From assembly GCA_013239625.1 (NCBI GenBank), contig MU054338.1:4936724-5000723 (forward strand): a DNA stretch of 64,000 bases. Direction: 5' to 3'. Made by a program: the position numbers and the translations under genes. A model generated the notes under the pieces. The model did not search any database. It saw only the letters and a list, made by a program, of their open reading frames with translations, and was not told the origin of the DNA. Source of the DNA: Lama guanicoe (lineage: Eukaryota). This document shows positions 21,551 through 55,980 of this stretch, piece by piece. Position 1 is the first letter of the stretch. Each line of letters begins with the position of its first letter.

Positions 21551-22611
21551 TAACGTCTCAAAGGCCCAGTGACTCCCCAAATTTCCATTAATACTCTAAT
21601 GGCGCGAGAAACAGCCTCAGCCTCCCAGAAAAGTCTCAGTAATATTCCAGCATTCTTCAGTATCATGCTTGAAAGACTCTAGGGACATGCCCACCCAGCG
21701 CCTGGTTTTCCCAGTAATAGCCCTATATTCCTCAGAATCTCTTAACTTTACAGTGACACCCCACCCCAACCCCCTGGAATTACAGCGTCCCTGGTTGTCT
21801 CCCAGCAATGGCGCCAGCATGGTTCCCAGAGACCCAGTGATGCTCCGCACCATCCGAGACCCCATAACTTTACTATTACGTGACAGTAAATCTACAGCAT
21901 CAACCAGTAACACCTTGAGGACCCACCCCACTCCGAGCTCCCCAGGATATTTCTGAGACCGTGGCATTGTCCTACGACCCCTTGTGCTGGAGGTCCCTGC
22001 AGCACTCTCGCGTGCCCCCGACCCTAGGTCTCTCCGGAGCCAGGCTTGGGCCGGGAGCCAGGCATCTCCTCGACTCCAAGACTCGTGAGCCCAGTTTTCC
22101 TGGGGTGGGGCATCCAGTCATCGCAGGGGTTGCGGGGGTGTGGCCTAGGAGTCTGTGGTCCAGGATTGATGAATCCCGCAGAGGCTGGGGAGGCGGCCAC
22201 CTGCTGGAGGGAGTCAAACCCTTCAGGGACTTGTTCGCTGTCTGGTGACAGTGGGTGTCCAGCCACCTGCCCTTTGGTCCCAGGGTGGGGTAGGCAAGTG
22301 GAACATCTGGTCGGCCCGGTGCGTAGGTAGAGGAGCCTCGCGGGGAGCCCAGGACCCACCTCACTCCTTAGTCCGGGCCCCAGGTCAATCTACTCCACCC
22401 CACTGGTCCAAAGAGCACCCCCAGCCGTCCCCCCAGCCTGCAGAGGAGAAGCCCCCGCAGCCAGCACGAAGGGGGCAGGGCTTGTGCTAAGGGGCGGGGC
22501 TTGCAGCAGGGGAGGGGCGGGCCCAGGGAGATGACTCGCTACGGGTTCCTCCCGCTTCTTATTCTCCAGGACTCCGGACTACCAGAACTGTCGCTCAGCC
22601 TGAAGCAACTA

Positions 22612-43484
<20,873 letters not shown>

Positions 43485-43682
43485 GGACCTCGAGAGTGGT
43501 CCCCTCCTGGGCTGGACTAAGGGTGGGCCCTGTGGGGATGATGCACTCCCTCTCTGCCTGCTGCTATGCCTATGACCCCTTGGGTCCTCTGTGACCTCCA
43601 GCCCCCAGGGCCCACACACTGGACTTCCCTGTCCCCTAGGGGATGGGCAGCGCTGCACTGATAACCTTTGACCAGTTACTCC

Positions 43683-43688
43683 AATAAA
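43683..43688 (+). terminator. PNPLA6 polyadenylation signal
   Basis: AATAAA about 200 nt after the TGA at 43482-43484. Confidence 0.8.
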
Positions 43689-44569
43689 CCTTTCCCTCTC
43701 GGAAGTGACCTTATGTCATCTTTGGATTCAGAGGGTACCTCACTCCGCCTTCCATGCTCAGGACAGCTGAGGCTAGGGCCTGAAACAGCCTTGAGCTTGT
43801 CGCAATGTCCCAGCCTTGGGCTGAGCTTCCCCCACTGTGAGTGGCCATCCTGGAATTCACCTGTAGCCCCACTCGTTGCAGGCTCCAGGCCACAGGACCT
43901 CCAGATGCTGGGTGCACCCCCCCAGGGATCACAGAGGCCCATTCTGGCACCCCTCATTTTCTATACTAGGTTCCCTCAGCCTCTGCCCTTCGACTGGTCC
44001 TACTGTGTGCAGGCGCTCCATATTTTCGGTACGTTCCTACCGCATGTGCTCCTAGGCTTGGTTCCTGAAAGACACTCCATACACACACCCACATATGGGC
44101 GCCCTGGTCTCAGAACTTTACTCTGAGTCTCCTAGACGTTCCCCTACTGTGTGCTCAGCTGAGGGCACAGAGTGAGGCAGTCCCCACTGTGTGCTGAGAC
44201 CTGACCCCAGGGGCCCTCACTCACTGTCCTGGCATCTTGGTTAAGACCTTAGACTGTGGAGCCAAGCTCCCTGGGGTGGAATCCCAGCCTGGCCTCTTGC
44301 CAGTGGCCTCAGGTTCGTTACTGAGCCCCCGAGCCTCAGTGATACCACCTGTGAAGTGAGGCTGCTTATAGCACCTGCCTCATCAGGTGCTACTGTTACC
44401 AGACTCTACCTGGGCCTCTTGGGGCTCCCAGCCATTGTCCCTACTGTGTGCTCCCGGCCACCACCCCCACCACCATATGCTGGAGCCAGAGTGGGGATGT
44501 GGCAAAGAGTGGGCTCATTCATAAGAGTATCTTGAGGGCAGCAGAGAGCCCTGGAGGATTTTGTTTTAG

Positions 44570-45170
44570 CTGTGTGTTTTATAAAATGGACATGGCATAA
44601 AGGTTATCATTTTAACCATTTGAAGCGTACAGTTCGGTGGCACTACATATGTTTCTGTCGTGCAACCATCATCACCATCCGTCCCCAGAGGTTTCTCACC
44701 TTCCCAAACTCAAACTCTGTCCCCGTTAAATGCTAACTCCCAACCGGACTCAGCCCCTGGTTTGTCTCTAGCAATTCGATCCTTCCTCGGATCTCACATG
44801 CGTGGAATCATACAGTTTTTGTCCTTTTGTGTCCGTCAGGCTTATTTCACTGAGCACCATATCCTCAGGGTTCATCCATGTGGTAGCAGGTGTCAGAATC
44901 TCCTTCCTTTCTGAAGGCTGAATAGTAGTCCATTGTAAGGATGGAGCACATCGTTTTTATCCATTTATCTGTCAGCGGCACATGGGTGGTTTCTACTTTT
45001 TGGCTATTGTGAATCATGCTGCTTTGGACACAGGTGTACAAATACCCCTACTTTCAATTCCTTTAGGTACATAAGAGGTGGACTTGCTGGATCATATGGT
45101 AATTCTGTGTTCAACTTTCTGAGAAACCGCCAAACTCTTGCCCCCAGTGGCTGAACCACTTTGTGCTCCC
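44570..45170 (-). mobile_element. Old L1 (L1MB-like) 3' fragment
   Basis: ttttaaccatttgaagcgtacagttcggtggcact...ctccttcctttctgaaggctgaatagtagtccattgt...ggatcatatggtaattctgtgtt. Confidence 0.75.
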
Positions 45171-45884
45171 GGGGTGGCCCGGGAAGGCTTTTGAGCAGAG
45201 GAGAGAATAGGCAGATCTGTTTCTGCAAGCGGATGGACTGGAGGGAGCAGAGGTTGGAGGCCAGAGATCATGGAGTGATGACGAGGTCTAAATTAGGACA
45301 GTGGACACAGAGACGGTGGGGAGGGGACAGTGCCCAAGAAACGTGTGCGAGAAAACTCAGCAGAACATAGAGACGGATGCACGATGGGGGAAGAGACACA
45401 GAGGAGGATGAGGGGACCTTGGCATAGGTGACAGGGGAGGGGCATCTCTACCTTGACGGGGGTGAGGGGAAAGGAGCAGGAGGAATGCCAGGCTCTGTTC
45501 TGACCACGTTGTTTGGGGAGCCGGAGGGACCATCTAGGGGAGACAGCAGGGGCTCTGGACGTTTAGGATGGGAACTTGAGAGAGCTTTGTACCAGGAACG
45601 TGTCTGGAGGCATCAGGACAGCGGTGGAGGCTGGTGCCATGGGGATGGGTGAAGTTGTCCAGAGAGGATGTGATGGGCAAAAACAGCCCTGGGGCCCATG
45701 TACAGCCAGTCTCTATGTGGTCCTTTGAAGTCCCCTCCTCACCTTGAAATAGCTCATGATTTGAACTAGCTGGGGCGGGTTGAGCATCCTAATGCTTGGT
45801 AGCTCTGTGAATTTGGGGGTGCTACTCTTCAGGGGGGCTCAGGTCAAGCTGGAGGTGGGCTGCAGCTTCCCAGAGCCCCCAGGT

Positions 45885-47815
45885 ACGTTGGTTTGCCAGA
45901 GCTCCCATAACAAAGTAACCCAAGCTGAGGGGCTGAAGAAAAAATGTTTATTTCTCTTTTTGGAGACTTAGAGGTCAGAGATCAAGGTGTTGGCTGGTTT
46001 CTTCTGAGCCTTCTCTCCTTGGCTTGTAGGTGGCTGTCTTCTCCCTGTGTCGTCACATGATCTTCCTTCTGGGTGTCTGTGTCCTGGCCTCCTCTTCTTA
46101 TAAGGACATCGGCTACAGTGGACTAGGGTTTACCCCCAATGACCTCGTTTTAACTTAATTATACCTCTTTAAAGGTCCTATGTGCAAATACACTCACATT
46201 CTGAGATACCACAGTGTCTTATCCATTCAAGCCACTATAACCAAGTACCATGGACTTGGTTTACAAACAACAGAAACAATTTTTTTGTTTTTAAAATTGT
46301 ACATTTTATTGACATCTTTGTTGAAGTGTAATTCTAAGCATACATTTAAATAATTTTTAGTAATTTTATAGAGTCATACAACTCGCACTACGATCAAGTT
46401 TTAGAACATTTTCAACACCCCTCAAAATTCCTCCAAGCTCATTGCAGCCTCTTGTCTCCTCCCCCCACTCCCACCTGCCATCTGTCCTAGTTTCTTCTCT
46501 ACAAATTTGTCTTTTGGTGGGTATTTCATATAAGCAGAATCATATACAATGTAGTCTTTGGTATCTGGCTTTGATCAGCTTGTTTTTGAGGCTCATCTAT
46601 ATGGCAGCATGGACCAGTACCTTCCTCCTTCTTACTATTAAACAATATAAACAACAGAAATTTATTCCTCACACTTCCGTAGGCTGGCAGTCCAAGATGA
46701 GGTGCCAGCAGGGCTGGGTTCTGGAAAAGGCCACTGCTAGCTGTATACTCAAGCAGCACAAAGAGGGCAAGGGAGCTCTCTGGGGTCTCCTAAGGGTACT
46801 AATCCCATTCATGAGGGCTCCACCTTCATGACCTAATTCCCTCCCAAAGGCCCATCCGATACCATCACATTGGGGGTTACGATCTCAATGTAAAAATTTG
46901 GTGGTGAGGGAAGTGGGGATCCAAACCTTCAGTCTGTTGCATGGGGATTAGAACTTAGGTGTATGAATTTGGAAGGGGTGGCACAGTTCAGCCCATAACA
47001 CCAGGAAAATGTTTCCAGCATGGTGAGGAAGTGAGGGACACAAGTCTGAAGTCAGACACCTGGTTTGTATTCCCACTTCTTCCAATTTCTAGATTTCATG
47101 AGCAAAAGACCTGGCTTTTCTGAGCTTTGACTCCTGCTTGAGTATTTTTAGTGCCTCTATAACTTTTTACCACCAACTTGGTGGCTTAAAACAACACACC
47201 TTTATTGTTCTGCAATTCTGGAGGTCAGAAGTCAGAAATGGGTCCCAGTGGGCTGAAACCAAGGTGTCAGCAGGGCTGAGTTCCCTTCTGGAAGCTCTGA
47301 GAGAGAATCTGTCTCCTGGCCTTTTCAGCTACTTGAGGCCAACTGCATTTCTTGGCTTATTTCCCCTTCGTCCATCTTCACAGCCAGCAATGGCTGGCTG
47401 AATCCTCCCCACCATACATCACTCTGACCTCGGCTTCCATCATTACATCTCCTTCTGTGCCTCTGGCCCTCTTGCCTCCATCATATAAGGATCCTTGGGA
47501 TGACATTGGGACATCTGGATAATCCAGGATCATCTCCCATCTCAAGATCACATCTGCAACAGGGGGTAGAGTATAGCTGAGTTGTTAGAGCAAGTGCTTA
47601 GCATACATGAGGTCCTGGGTTCAATCCCCAGTACCTCCATTTAAAAAGTAAATAAATAAACGAATTACCTCTCCCCCAACCACCCTCTCCCCCCCAAAAA
47701 AAGATCACATCTGCAAAATCTCTTTTGCTATGTAAGGTGGCACATCCACAGGTTCCAGGAATTAGTACACATGCGAATTTAGGGGGGAGTAGACATTATT
47801 TTGCCCATTAAACTC
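45885..47815. mobile_element. Nested MaLR (MLT1-type) LTR fragments with L1 and SINE insertions
   Basis: Recurrent MLT1 text: gaggtcagagatcaaggtgttggc, ctcttcttataaggacatc, ggtggcttaaaacaacac..tttattgttctgcaattctggaggtcagaagtc. Confidence 0.7.
47560..47700 (+). mobile_element. Vic-1-like SINE with perfect 16-bp target-site duplication
   Basis: AAGATCACATCTGCAA at 47544-47559 and 47701-47716 flanks the SINE. Confidence 0.9.
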
Positions 47816-48016
47816 CCCTCCCCCATGTACACAGGCTAAGCTGATAGGAGATCCTCAGTAAATTATGGTCATTAATAAGATAATCAATCGGTCATTACTG
47901 ATGTTCTCACTATTCATACCGGGAACTTCAGCACCTCAAGGATAGGGAACTTAGTCACCTGCGTCCCCACTGTTGAATTAATGACTTCTCCCTTCTAGGG
48001 AACCTGGTTTCCGTGT

Positions 48017-48058
48017 GTCAGTACCATGGACAGCGAGAGAGCTATCCAAGGTGCTGCT
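48017..48058. promoter_or_regulatory. Inverted pair of RE1/NRSE (REST) motifs
   Basis: GTCAGTACCATGGACAGCGAG (+) and, on the minus strand, GCAGCACCTTGGATAGCTCTC, compared with consensus TTCAGCACCnnGGACAGnGCC. Confidence 0.6.
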
Positions 48059-48689
48059 GAGGCCCACCCATCCCTCTCTTCCTTCCCCTCGGAGCCCCCA
48101 ACTCCACTGTCCCCTCTAGATTTGGGGGGGGGGGGCGCATTGAGCTGAAAATGCAACCCAAGTCTGCTCCCTGTCGACATCTCCAGCGTAACTGCCTTCC
48201 ACTCCACCCTCACTTCCTCCACCAACTGCACTAACATTTCTTCTGTTATTCAAACTCTCCATAGATTCTTACCTTGGAGCCCTTTGCACTTTGTGTAGCT
48301 GAATAAATCTGTCCTCAAATATCCCCTCTTCAGGTTGTCCGAAGCTACTGCCTAAGGTAGATTCCCCATCCCCACTGCCCCTTTTCCTTGCCTTTTAACC
48401 AAGGCTCAGAGAGGAGGTTAAGTTACACAATTGCTAAGGGATGGAGCTGGGACTCATATTCATAAGCTTACCCACCATCCTATGTTGTCTCTCCGGGAAG
48501 TAGATTGGTTGAGGTTCCCACTCTAGGCTGCATTCCTGGAGACAGTGTTTGATCCTCAGGGAAGAAGTCTTCCATGGACCTAGAAGGAGAACCCAGGTCA
48601 CTAGAACTACCCAGAATCAATGTCTCCTAACTTCTCCCACTGACCCTGGGCAGGCTGGCACCTCCCTTAACCTTGAGTTGGAATGGAGC

Positions 48690-49120
48690 CTCTTATGGGC
48701 TGAATTGTATTCTCCCAAAATCATATATCGAAGTCCCAATCCCCAGTACCTCCGAATGGAACTCTACTTGGAGATAGGGTCTCTAAGAAGTAATAAAGTT
48801 AAAGTGAGGTAATTCAGGTGGGTCCTAATCCACTATGAGTGGTGTCTCTATAAAGGGAGGGGAAATTTGAACACAGATGCACATAGAGTGAAGACGATGT
48901 GGAGACAGATCATCTACAAAGCCAAAGAACACCTGAGACTTCCAGAATCTAGGAGCAAACCATAGAAAAAGCTCTCCCTTACAGCCTTCAGGAGGAACCA
49001 ACTCTGTTAACACCTTGATCTCAGGTTTCCAGCCTCCAAAATTGTGAGACAATACATTTCTGTTGTTTAGACTATCCAGCCTCTGGTCCTTTGCTATGGC
49101 AGCCCTATCAAATTAATATA
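48690..49120 (+). mobile_element. MLT1A/B-type MaLR LTR
   Basis: tatgggctgaattgtattctcccaaaatcatatatcgaagtcc...caccttgatctcaggtttccagcctccaaaattgtgagacaatacatttctgttgttt...tttgctatggcagccct. Confidence 0.8.
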
Positions 49121-49819
49121 CAGCCCTTGGCTGGACCCAGGAGCTATGATGTAGATAGATCAGTGTACTAGTCAGAATAATTTAGATAATGCTAACTGGG
49201 GGGACTTAAACAATGCAAAATTAATTTCTCACTCCCAGGACACATTCATTGCAGATTATCTGGGGATTCTTTCCCATTTTCCTCACTCCACAACCCAGGT
49301 GATAAAGCAACCACTACCTGTAGTTCACAGTAGCAGAGGAAAGAACTCCCTGGAGGGCCTCACACCAGCAATTAAATACTCTGGCCTGGAAATGACACAG
49401 CCTTTCTGCTAACTTCTCATTGGTCAGAACAAGTCACATGGCTGTACCCAACCATGATGAGACAGGAAAGCACAGCCCTACCATAGGCTCTCAAAAGAGA
49501 GAGCAGTAGAAATATTTGATGACAATTCATGACTAACAGAGTTAGTTGGGTTTTCACTGGAGCTTCTGGGGCTGTCCAGGATACTTCTTGCTAGTTCCAG
49601 AGCTAAAGGCTCAGCTAATGGGGTTCCGGTGAAGGCTCAGGTCCACAGAAGTTGGACAAGAGGAGTGGAATTAGAGGAGCCTGATGGAGCCAGGCTCACA
49701 GGACGGTTTTGTGTGTGTGTTTGTGTGTTTCTGGCCAGGTCTCTGGAAATGGCCATACAGAGGTTAGTCAGGGAAGCACCAACCAGGTTGGATCCTAGGA
49801 CATCTCGGAAACTGAGTTA

Positions 49820-50340
49820 AAAGGCCTAAACATGGAGTTAGCATAGGACCCAGCATACCACTCCTATGTGTCTACTCAAGGGAGATGAAAATATTGTCCA
49901 TCAAAATCTTGTAGCATGAAATTGCATAGCAGTGTTATTCTTTTTTTTTCTTTTTTTTGTTTCTTTTTTTTTCTTTCTTCTATAGCAGCGTTATTCTTAA
50001 TAGCCAATCAGATGCCCCTCAACTGATGAATGGATAAAAAAATTGTGACATAATCCATACAATGGAATATTATTTGGGCCTAAAAAAGAATGAAGTATTG
50101 ATACATGTTAACAATGTGGATGAAAGTTGAAAACACCACGCTAAAGGAAAGAAGCCAGATACAAAAGGTCACATATTGTATTATTCCATTTGTATGACTG
50201 CTCCATTCATGTGAAATGTGTAGAAGACAAATCCTTAGAGACAGACAGATTAGAGGTTGTAAGAGCCTGGGGGGAGGGGGAATGGGGAGTAACTGCTAAT
50301 GAGCATAGGATTTCTTTCTGGGTAATGGAAATGTTCTCTC
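49820..50340 (+). mobile_element. Old L1 (L1MB/MC-like) 3' fragment
   Basis: aactgatgaatggataaa...atccatacaatggaatattattt...aaagaagccagatacaaaaggtcacatattgta. Confidence 0.75.
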
Positions 50341-50847
50341 TCTTTTTTTTTCAGCTGTATTGAGATATAATTGACAAAACTGTAAGATAGTTAAAGTGTG
50401 CAATGTGATGATAACGTATGTATTTCAAAAGGATGTCCCCCGTCTACTTCATAAACACATCGATCACTTCACATATTTTCCTTTTTTCCTTTTTTCTTTC
50501 TCTTCTTGGTGATAACACTTAAATTCTACTCTCTTAGCAAATTTCAGTTATACAATACAGTGCTGTCAAATGGTAGTCACCATATTACACTTGTATAATA
50601 TGGTGGGGGGGATGGGAGGTGGGGGGAGTTGGGGAGTGGGCGCGGAAAGCTGCCCCTTGCCAGCTAGGTGACTCAGATTTCCCACATTTGTCTTTCACAT
50701 AATTTTAGTCTCCGAGTCAAAGGGTTTCTATGTGATTTAAATAAAATGGAACAGAGCTCCTTACAGGAAGACACACGTGTGTACACAGACACAGGCGCAC
50801 GCACACACACACACACACACACCCCTTCCTGGATCAGTTTATTTCTC

Positions 50848-50865
50848 TGCCACCAGGGGGCGATC
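50848..50865 (+). promoter_or_regulatory. Candidate CTCF site
   Basis: TGCCACCAGGGGGCGATC is a close match to the CCACCAGGGGGCGC core. Confidence 0.55.
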
Positions 50866-51399
50866 CTGCTGTGATGTTTGGGTGTCTGATCCCAGGACTG
50901 GCGCCTTCACGGGTGGAGTTTTCCTCTGCTGACTATGGGTGGGTTAAGTATGGAGTCCTAGGTAACTGCTTGCTTTTTTTGTCCTTTAGGGTAAACATTT
51001 ATTGAGGGGAGTTGCTTTGTCTCATTATAAAATACTAACTAGTGTGCTTAGAATAAATTTAAAAAAAAGATAAAGCATCAAAATAAAGTTAATAGGCATT
51101 TATCTGGAGATGTATTTTCATGACCTATTCCCATTAGAACATTTGGAAAACACGGGAATATAAAAAAGAAACTAAGTCATCTGCGTTTCACTCCCCAGAT
51201 ATGAACACGGCTAATATTTTCTTTTCTTTTCCCAGTTTCTTATGCTACGTTCAGTCCCAATTTGGCTTTTATTGAAACTCAGATCCGTGAAAGAAAAGAC
51301 AGACAGGTTTGATGACATGCAAATGTGTTGCACAAAGACAAAAGGCCAACAGAGCAGCAGCCTGGAAGGAAACATTTGCAACATAAATGGTAGGCAAAA

Positions 51400-51650
51400 A
51401 GGCAATAATTGCTAATTTTTATTGAATTCCTACTGTGTACCAGGCACTGTTCTAGGCACTTTAAATACCCAAAGTAATTTAATCCTCAACCCTAAGAGAT
51501 GGGTACTATTATTATCTATTTTACAAATGAGAAGCAGACACAGAGAGGTTAAGTAACTTGACCAAGGTCACACAGCTGGTAAACTGCAGAGCTTGAATCA
51601 AAGCAGCTTGGCTCCAGGATTCATACTCCTAACCCCTACACCACCATGCC
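51400..51650 (-). mobile_element. MIR SINE
   Basis: tactgtgtaccaggcactgttctagg...ttttacaaatgagaagcagacacagagaggttaagtaacttgaccaaggtcacacagctggtaa. Confidence 0.8.
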
Positions 51651-51811
51651 TCTTTATGTAAACTAGGTTGACATCTGGACTGTGTAAGCAAGCTGGAAAT
51701 ACAAATGGTAAAATAATAATAATGACAGTGACATGCTCAGACTCACTAGTAATCACACAAATTTGAGTCCTCATTCTTCAATTTGGTGAACATTAAAAAT
51801 ATTGCAAGAGT

Positions 51812-51931
51812 TGGGGGGAGGGTATAGCTCAGTGGTAGAGTGCATGCTTAGTATGCACGAGGTCTCGGGTTCAATCCCTAATACCTCCTGTAAAAATAAA
51901 TGAATAAATAAAAACCTAATTACCATCCCCC
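51812..51931 (+). mobile_element. Vic-1-like SINE with target-site duplication
   Basis: ggggggagggtatagctcagtggtagagtgcatgcttagtatgcacgaggtctcgggttcaatccc; flanked by aaaatattgcaagagt and aaaatattacaagagt. Confidence 0.88.
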
Positions 51932-52061
51932 AAAATATTACAAGAGTCAAATCTTATGGGGAATAGGATGAATAATACACATTGCCACCCTCTTGAGTGG
52001 GGCAAGTGTAAATTATTGAAACTTCTTTGGAAGGGAATTTGACTGTGGTTGAACAAAATAT

Positions 52062-52192
52062 TTATTTTTGGAGGGGGGAGGTAATTTGGCTTTTTATTTC
52101 TTTGTATATTTTAATGAAGGTGCTGGGGATTGAACCCAGGACCTCGTGCATGCTAAGCACATGCTCTACCACTGAGTGATCGCCCCTCCTCC
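52062..52192 (-). mobile_element. Vic-1-like SINE
   Basis: ggtgctggggattgaacccaggacctcgtgcatgctaagcacatgctctaccactgag. Confidence 0.85.
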
Positions 52193-52919
52193 TGCACAAT
52201 ATATTTAAAGCAATAACCTTTGACCTGGCTCCTCTATGTCCAACAATTGATCCCACGAATATATGTGCCCAAAGATGTGGGCATCGTCGAAGTCTGGCTT
52301 GCCATGATGCCATTGCTCATAAAAGCGCAGCATGGAAAATAGTCTCCATGACTGACAATAGGGGCATAGTTCGACAAATTAGGGCATGCAGGCTGTGGGA
52401 ACGCAGCACAGCCATTAAAAACAATGAGGCAGACCTATATTTACTGACATGGAAAAAATCCCTCGGTTTATTGCTCTGTGGGAAAAAAAGCCACGTAACA
52501 CTGCATACAGTCTGACTGCATTTACGTTAAAGAGCCCGAATGATACGCAAGTGTGTGCATGCATAAGATGCCCTGAGAGTATATTCCAAACAGTAGATCC
52601 TGGTTCCCTCGTGGAAACAGGTGGCAGGGTGACAGCTGAAGGGGGAGCTTCTGTATTTTCACTTTCTGTATTGATTGACCCTTTTACAATGAGATTGTAC
52701 TATTTCAAAAGTTCTTGAAAGCCCCAGAAAATATCTTGTTGTTCGATATTCCTTTAAAACATGACTCCTCCTCCTCTCCCCTGCCCCCGTGTCTGCATAA
52801 TTGTTTAATCAGTTCTCTCCTGCTAGACAGTTAGGTTGTTCTAACTTTTCACTGTTACAAGTGAAATTGGGATGAATATCCTTGTGTGTTCATCTGTCCT
52901 TGACTCTGTGATGGAAGCT

Positions 52920-53370
52920 TTTTTCTTTTTTTAATGGAGATACTGAGGATTGAACCCAGGACCTTGTGCATGCTAAGCACGCGCTGTACCAGAGCTATAC
53001 GATCCCGGCTAATTCTGTTTTTTTTTTTAATTGAAGTATAGTTGATTTACAATGTTGTGTTAGTTTCTGGTGTACAGTATAGTGATTCAGTTACACATAT
53101 ATACATACTTTTTTCATATTCTTTTTCATTACAGGTTATTAAAAGCTATTAAATATATTTCCCTGTGCTATACAGTAGGACATTGTTGTTTATTTATTTT
53201 ATATATAGTAGCTTTGTATCTGCAAATCCCAAACTCCTAATTAATCCATTCCCCAACTTTTCCCCCGGTACCATAAATTTGTTTTCTATGTCTGTGAGTC
53301 TGTTTCTGTTTTGTAAATAAGTTCATTTGTGTCATTTTTTTTTGATTCCACATCTAAGTGATATCACATG
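52920..53370 (-). mobile_element. Vic-1-like SINE followed by young L1 3' end
   Basis: SINE about 52920-53005, then ttaattgaagtatagttgatttacaatgttgtgttagtttctggtgtacag...gattccacat. Confidence 0.8.
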
Positions 53371-54719
53371 ATTATACCTACTTATTATATGGTTTCAATT
53401 TTTACTCTTAATTCTTTTATTGATCTGGAATTTATTTTGTTACATAATGTATGGTAGGATTTGAACTAAACTTTTCTCCAGTGGTAAACCAGGTGTGCAA
53501 GCTACATTTACTGAATATTCCATCCTTTCTCCACCAATTTGAAATGCCATCTTCATTATGAATTATTATTGAATATTATTGTAATGAATTATGCTACATT
53601 TTGTAGATAAAAAGAGAGATACACAGATAGACGAAAACTAGAATCTATTCTTTTCTATTAATGTTTCTTTATTCTTATGATAGTACCACACTATTTACAT
53701 TATTGTCATTTTATGTTAGGCTTCATTCTTCTTTTCCAGAATTTTATTGTGATATTTATTCTCCCAGATATATTCTAGGTCAGCCTTCCAGGTCTTCCCC
53801 CAAATGGCTTCCCCCAAGCTCACTGAAATTTTTATATGTAAGTATTTTAATCTATAAGTCAATCCGGAGAGTATCAACAACCTTATAGTAGAAAGTCCCC
53901 ATCCAGGAATGGATTTTAGTCCTCCATTTAATACGAACCCTCTAGAATTTTGTTCCACTTGTCCTGCACACTTCTGGTTAATTTTATCTCAATTTTTGTT
54001 ATTATTGTGCATGAGTATATATTTTTTAAAAATTGATTATCTCTGGTACTTAGAAAAGCGACTGAATTTTGTATTTCTATTTTGTAACTGGCCACATTTA
54101 TTATTTCTAATAATTTTCAGTTGGTTTTCTAAGTAGACAATCATGTCAATGACAGATTGTCTCTGTTCCCTGTTAATTGCCTGTCATTTCTGATTCCTGC
54201 CTTGTTGCATTGGATAACACTTCTAGAAATTAAACTGAGCACTACAGGTGACATTGGCCTTCCTCATTCCTTTTCTAAATTTTGTGGGAATTCACCTTGA
54301 GCATGGTGTTGGCTTTGGTTTCAGGGTTTGTATCAGGAAAGAGTGTTAAACTGACGGATCCTCTGTAATGTACAGTGACAGGTGTGGCAGGTGAACTGGA
54401 TTTGAAGATGTCTCCATTGTCTCGGGACCCTCTCACCTTATCTGATGGATTCTGATAGAGGCCCTGTCTCTCTGTGACCATTTTGAAATTGTCTCACAAG
54501 ATAGACTTGGGCCAGCATTTCCCAAACTGAATTCTATAGATTCTTTCTAGGAGATGGGTAAAAGGGTCTTTGTATAAAAGCGAGAGCTCAGTCAATGAGT
54601 TAAATGGGCGTTCCTTATTCATTCAACAAGTGTTTGTAACAACTGTATGCAAGTACCGTGTTGGAATCTGTGGCTACAGTAATGAGAAATTAAAAATACA
54701 GTCCCTGCCCTTACATTCC

Positions 54720-55980
54720 TGTGGGAAAATGAAATTGCTGCATCATATAAGTGTGCGTTTAACTCTATAAGAAATTGCCAAACTGTTTTCAAAAGTGGTC
54801 ACACCATGCCACAGTCCCAACAGCAATGTATGAACGTTCTAATTGCTCTACAGACCTGCCAATTTGTGGTATTTTCATATTTTATCTTATTTTATTTTAG
54901 CCATTCTTGTGAGCATGTAGTAGTATCTCATTCTAGTTTTAATTTGAATTTCTCTCATGACTGATGATGTTGAACATCTTTGTATGCACTTATTTGCCAT
55001 TTGTATAACTTACTTGGTAAAGTGCTTGTTTTAACCTTTTATCCATGGGGGAAAATGGGCTTTTGTCTCTATTAACTTATAAGAGTTTTTAATATATTCT
55101 GGATACAAGTGTTTTTTAAAAATCAGGTATGTGTTTTGAGAATATTTTCTCCCAGTTTGGAGCTTGTGTTTTCACTTTCCTAATAGTATTATTGAAAGAC
55201 CAAAAGTTTTACATTTGTGTTAAGTTCAGTGTATCATTTTTTAATGATCTTTTTTGTTTGTCCTACCTAAGAAATGTTGGCCTAAACCCAGAACAGAGAT
55301 TTTCTCATATGTTCTCACCTAGATATTTTATAGTTTTTACTTCTAGGTTTAGGTCTATGATATATTTTGACATTTTTTATATATGGTGTGAGGTAAGGGT
55401 CAAGGTTCATTTTTTTGCATATGGATACATAATTGTTTCTGTACCATTTATCAAAAAGACTATCTTTTTTTTCACTGAGTTATTTTGTCACCTTTATCAA
55501 GATCAATTGATCATGTATGTGTGGGTCTACATTTATGGACTTTATCCCATTCTATCCACTCCATTGATATATATATCTATCCTTATACAAATATAATTTT
55601 GTTTGTTTACTGCAACTTTATACTATGTCTTGAGATCAGGTAGTTTAAGTCCTCCAACCTCATTCTTCTTTTTCAAATTGCTTAAGTTATTCTAGATCCT
55701 TTGCATTTCTGTATAAATTTTAGAATCAGTGCATCAATCTCTCCAAAAAGCCTACTGGAATTTTGATTGGAATTGCATTGAATCTATGGATCATTTTAGG
55801 GAGAACTGACATATCAACAATCTTGAATTTTCTAGTCCATGAACAAAGTGCATCTCTATGTTTATTTTGGCTTTCTTTGATTTCTTGCAACAGTGTCTTC
55901 TAGTTTTCAATATATAGTCTTGCACACACTGTTAAATTTATCTCTTAAGTATTTCATATTTTTGAGGCTATTGAAAATGG
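54720..55980 (-). mobile_element. Old L1M fragment (ORF2 end / 3' region)
   Basis: T-rich antisense L1 text: aactgttttcaaaagtgg...gattggaattgcattgaatctatggatcattttagggagaactgacat. Confidence 0.75.

Noticed and set aside
55129..55596. 155-aa hydrophobic ORF
   Set aside because: Antisense strand of a decayed T-rich L1.
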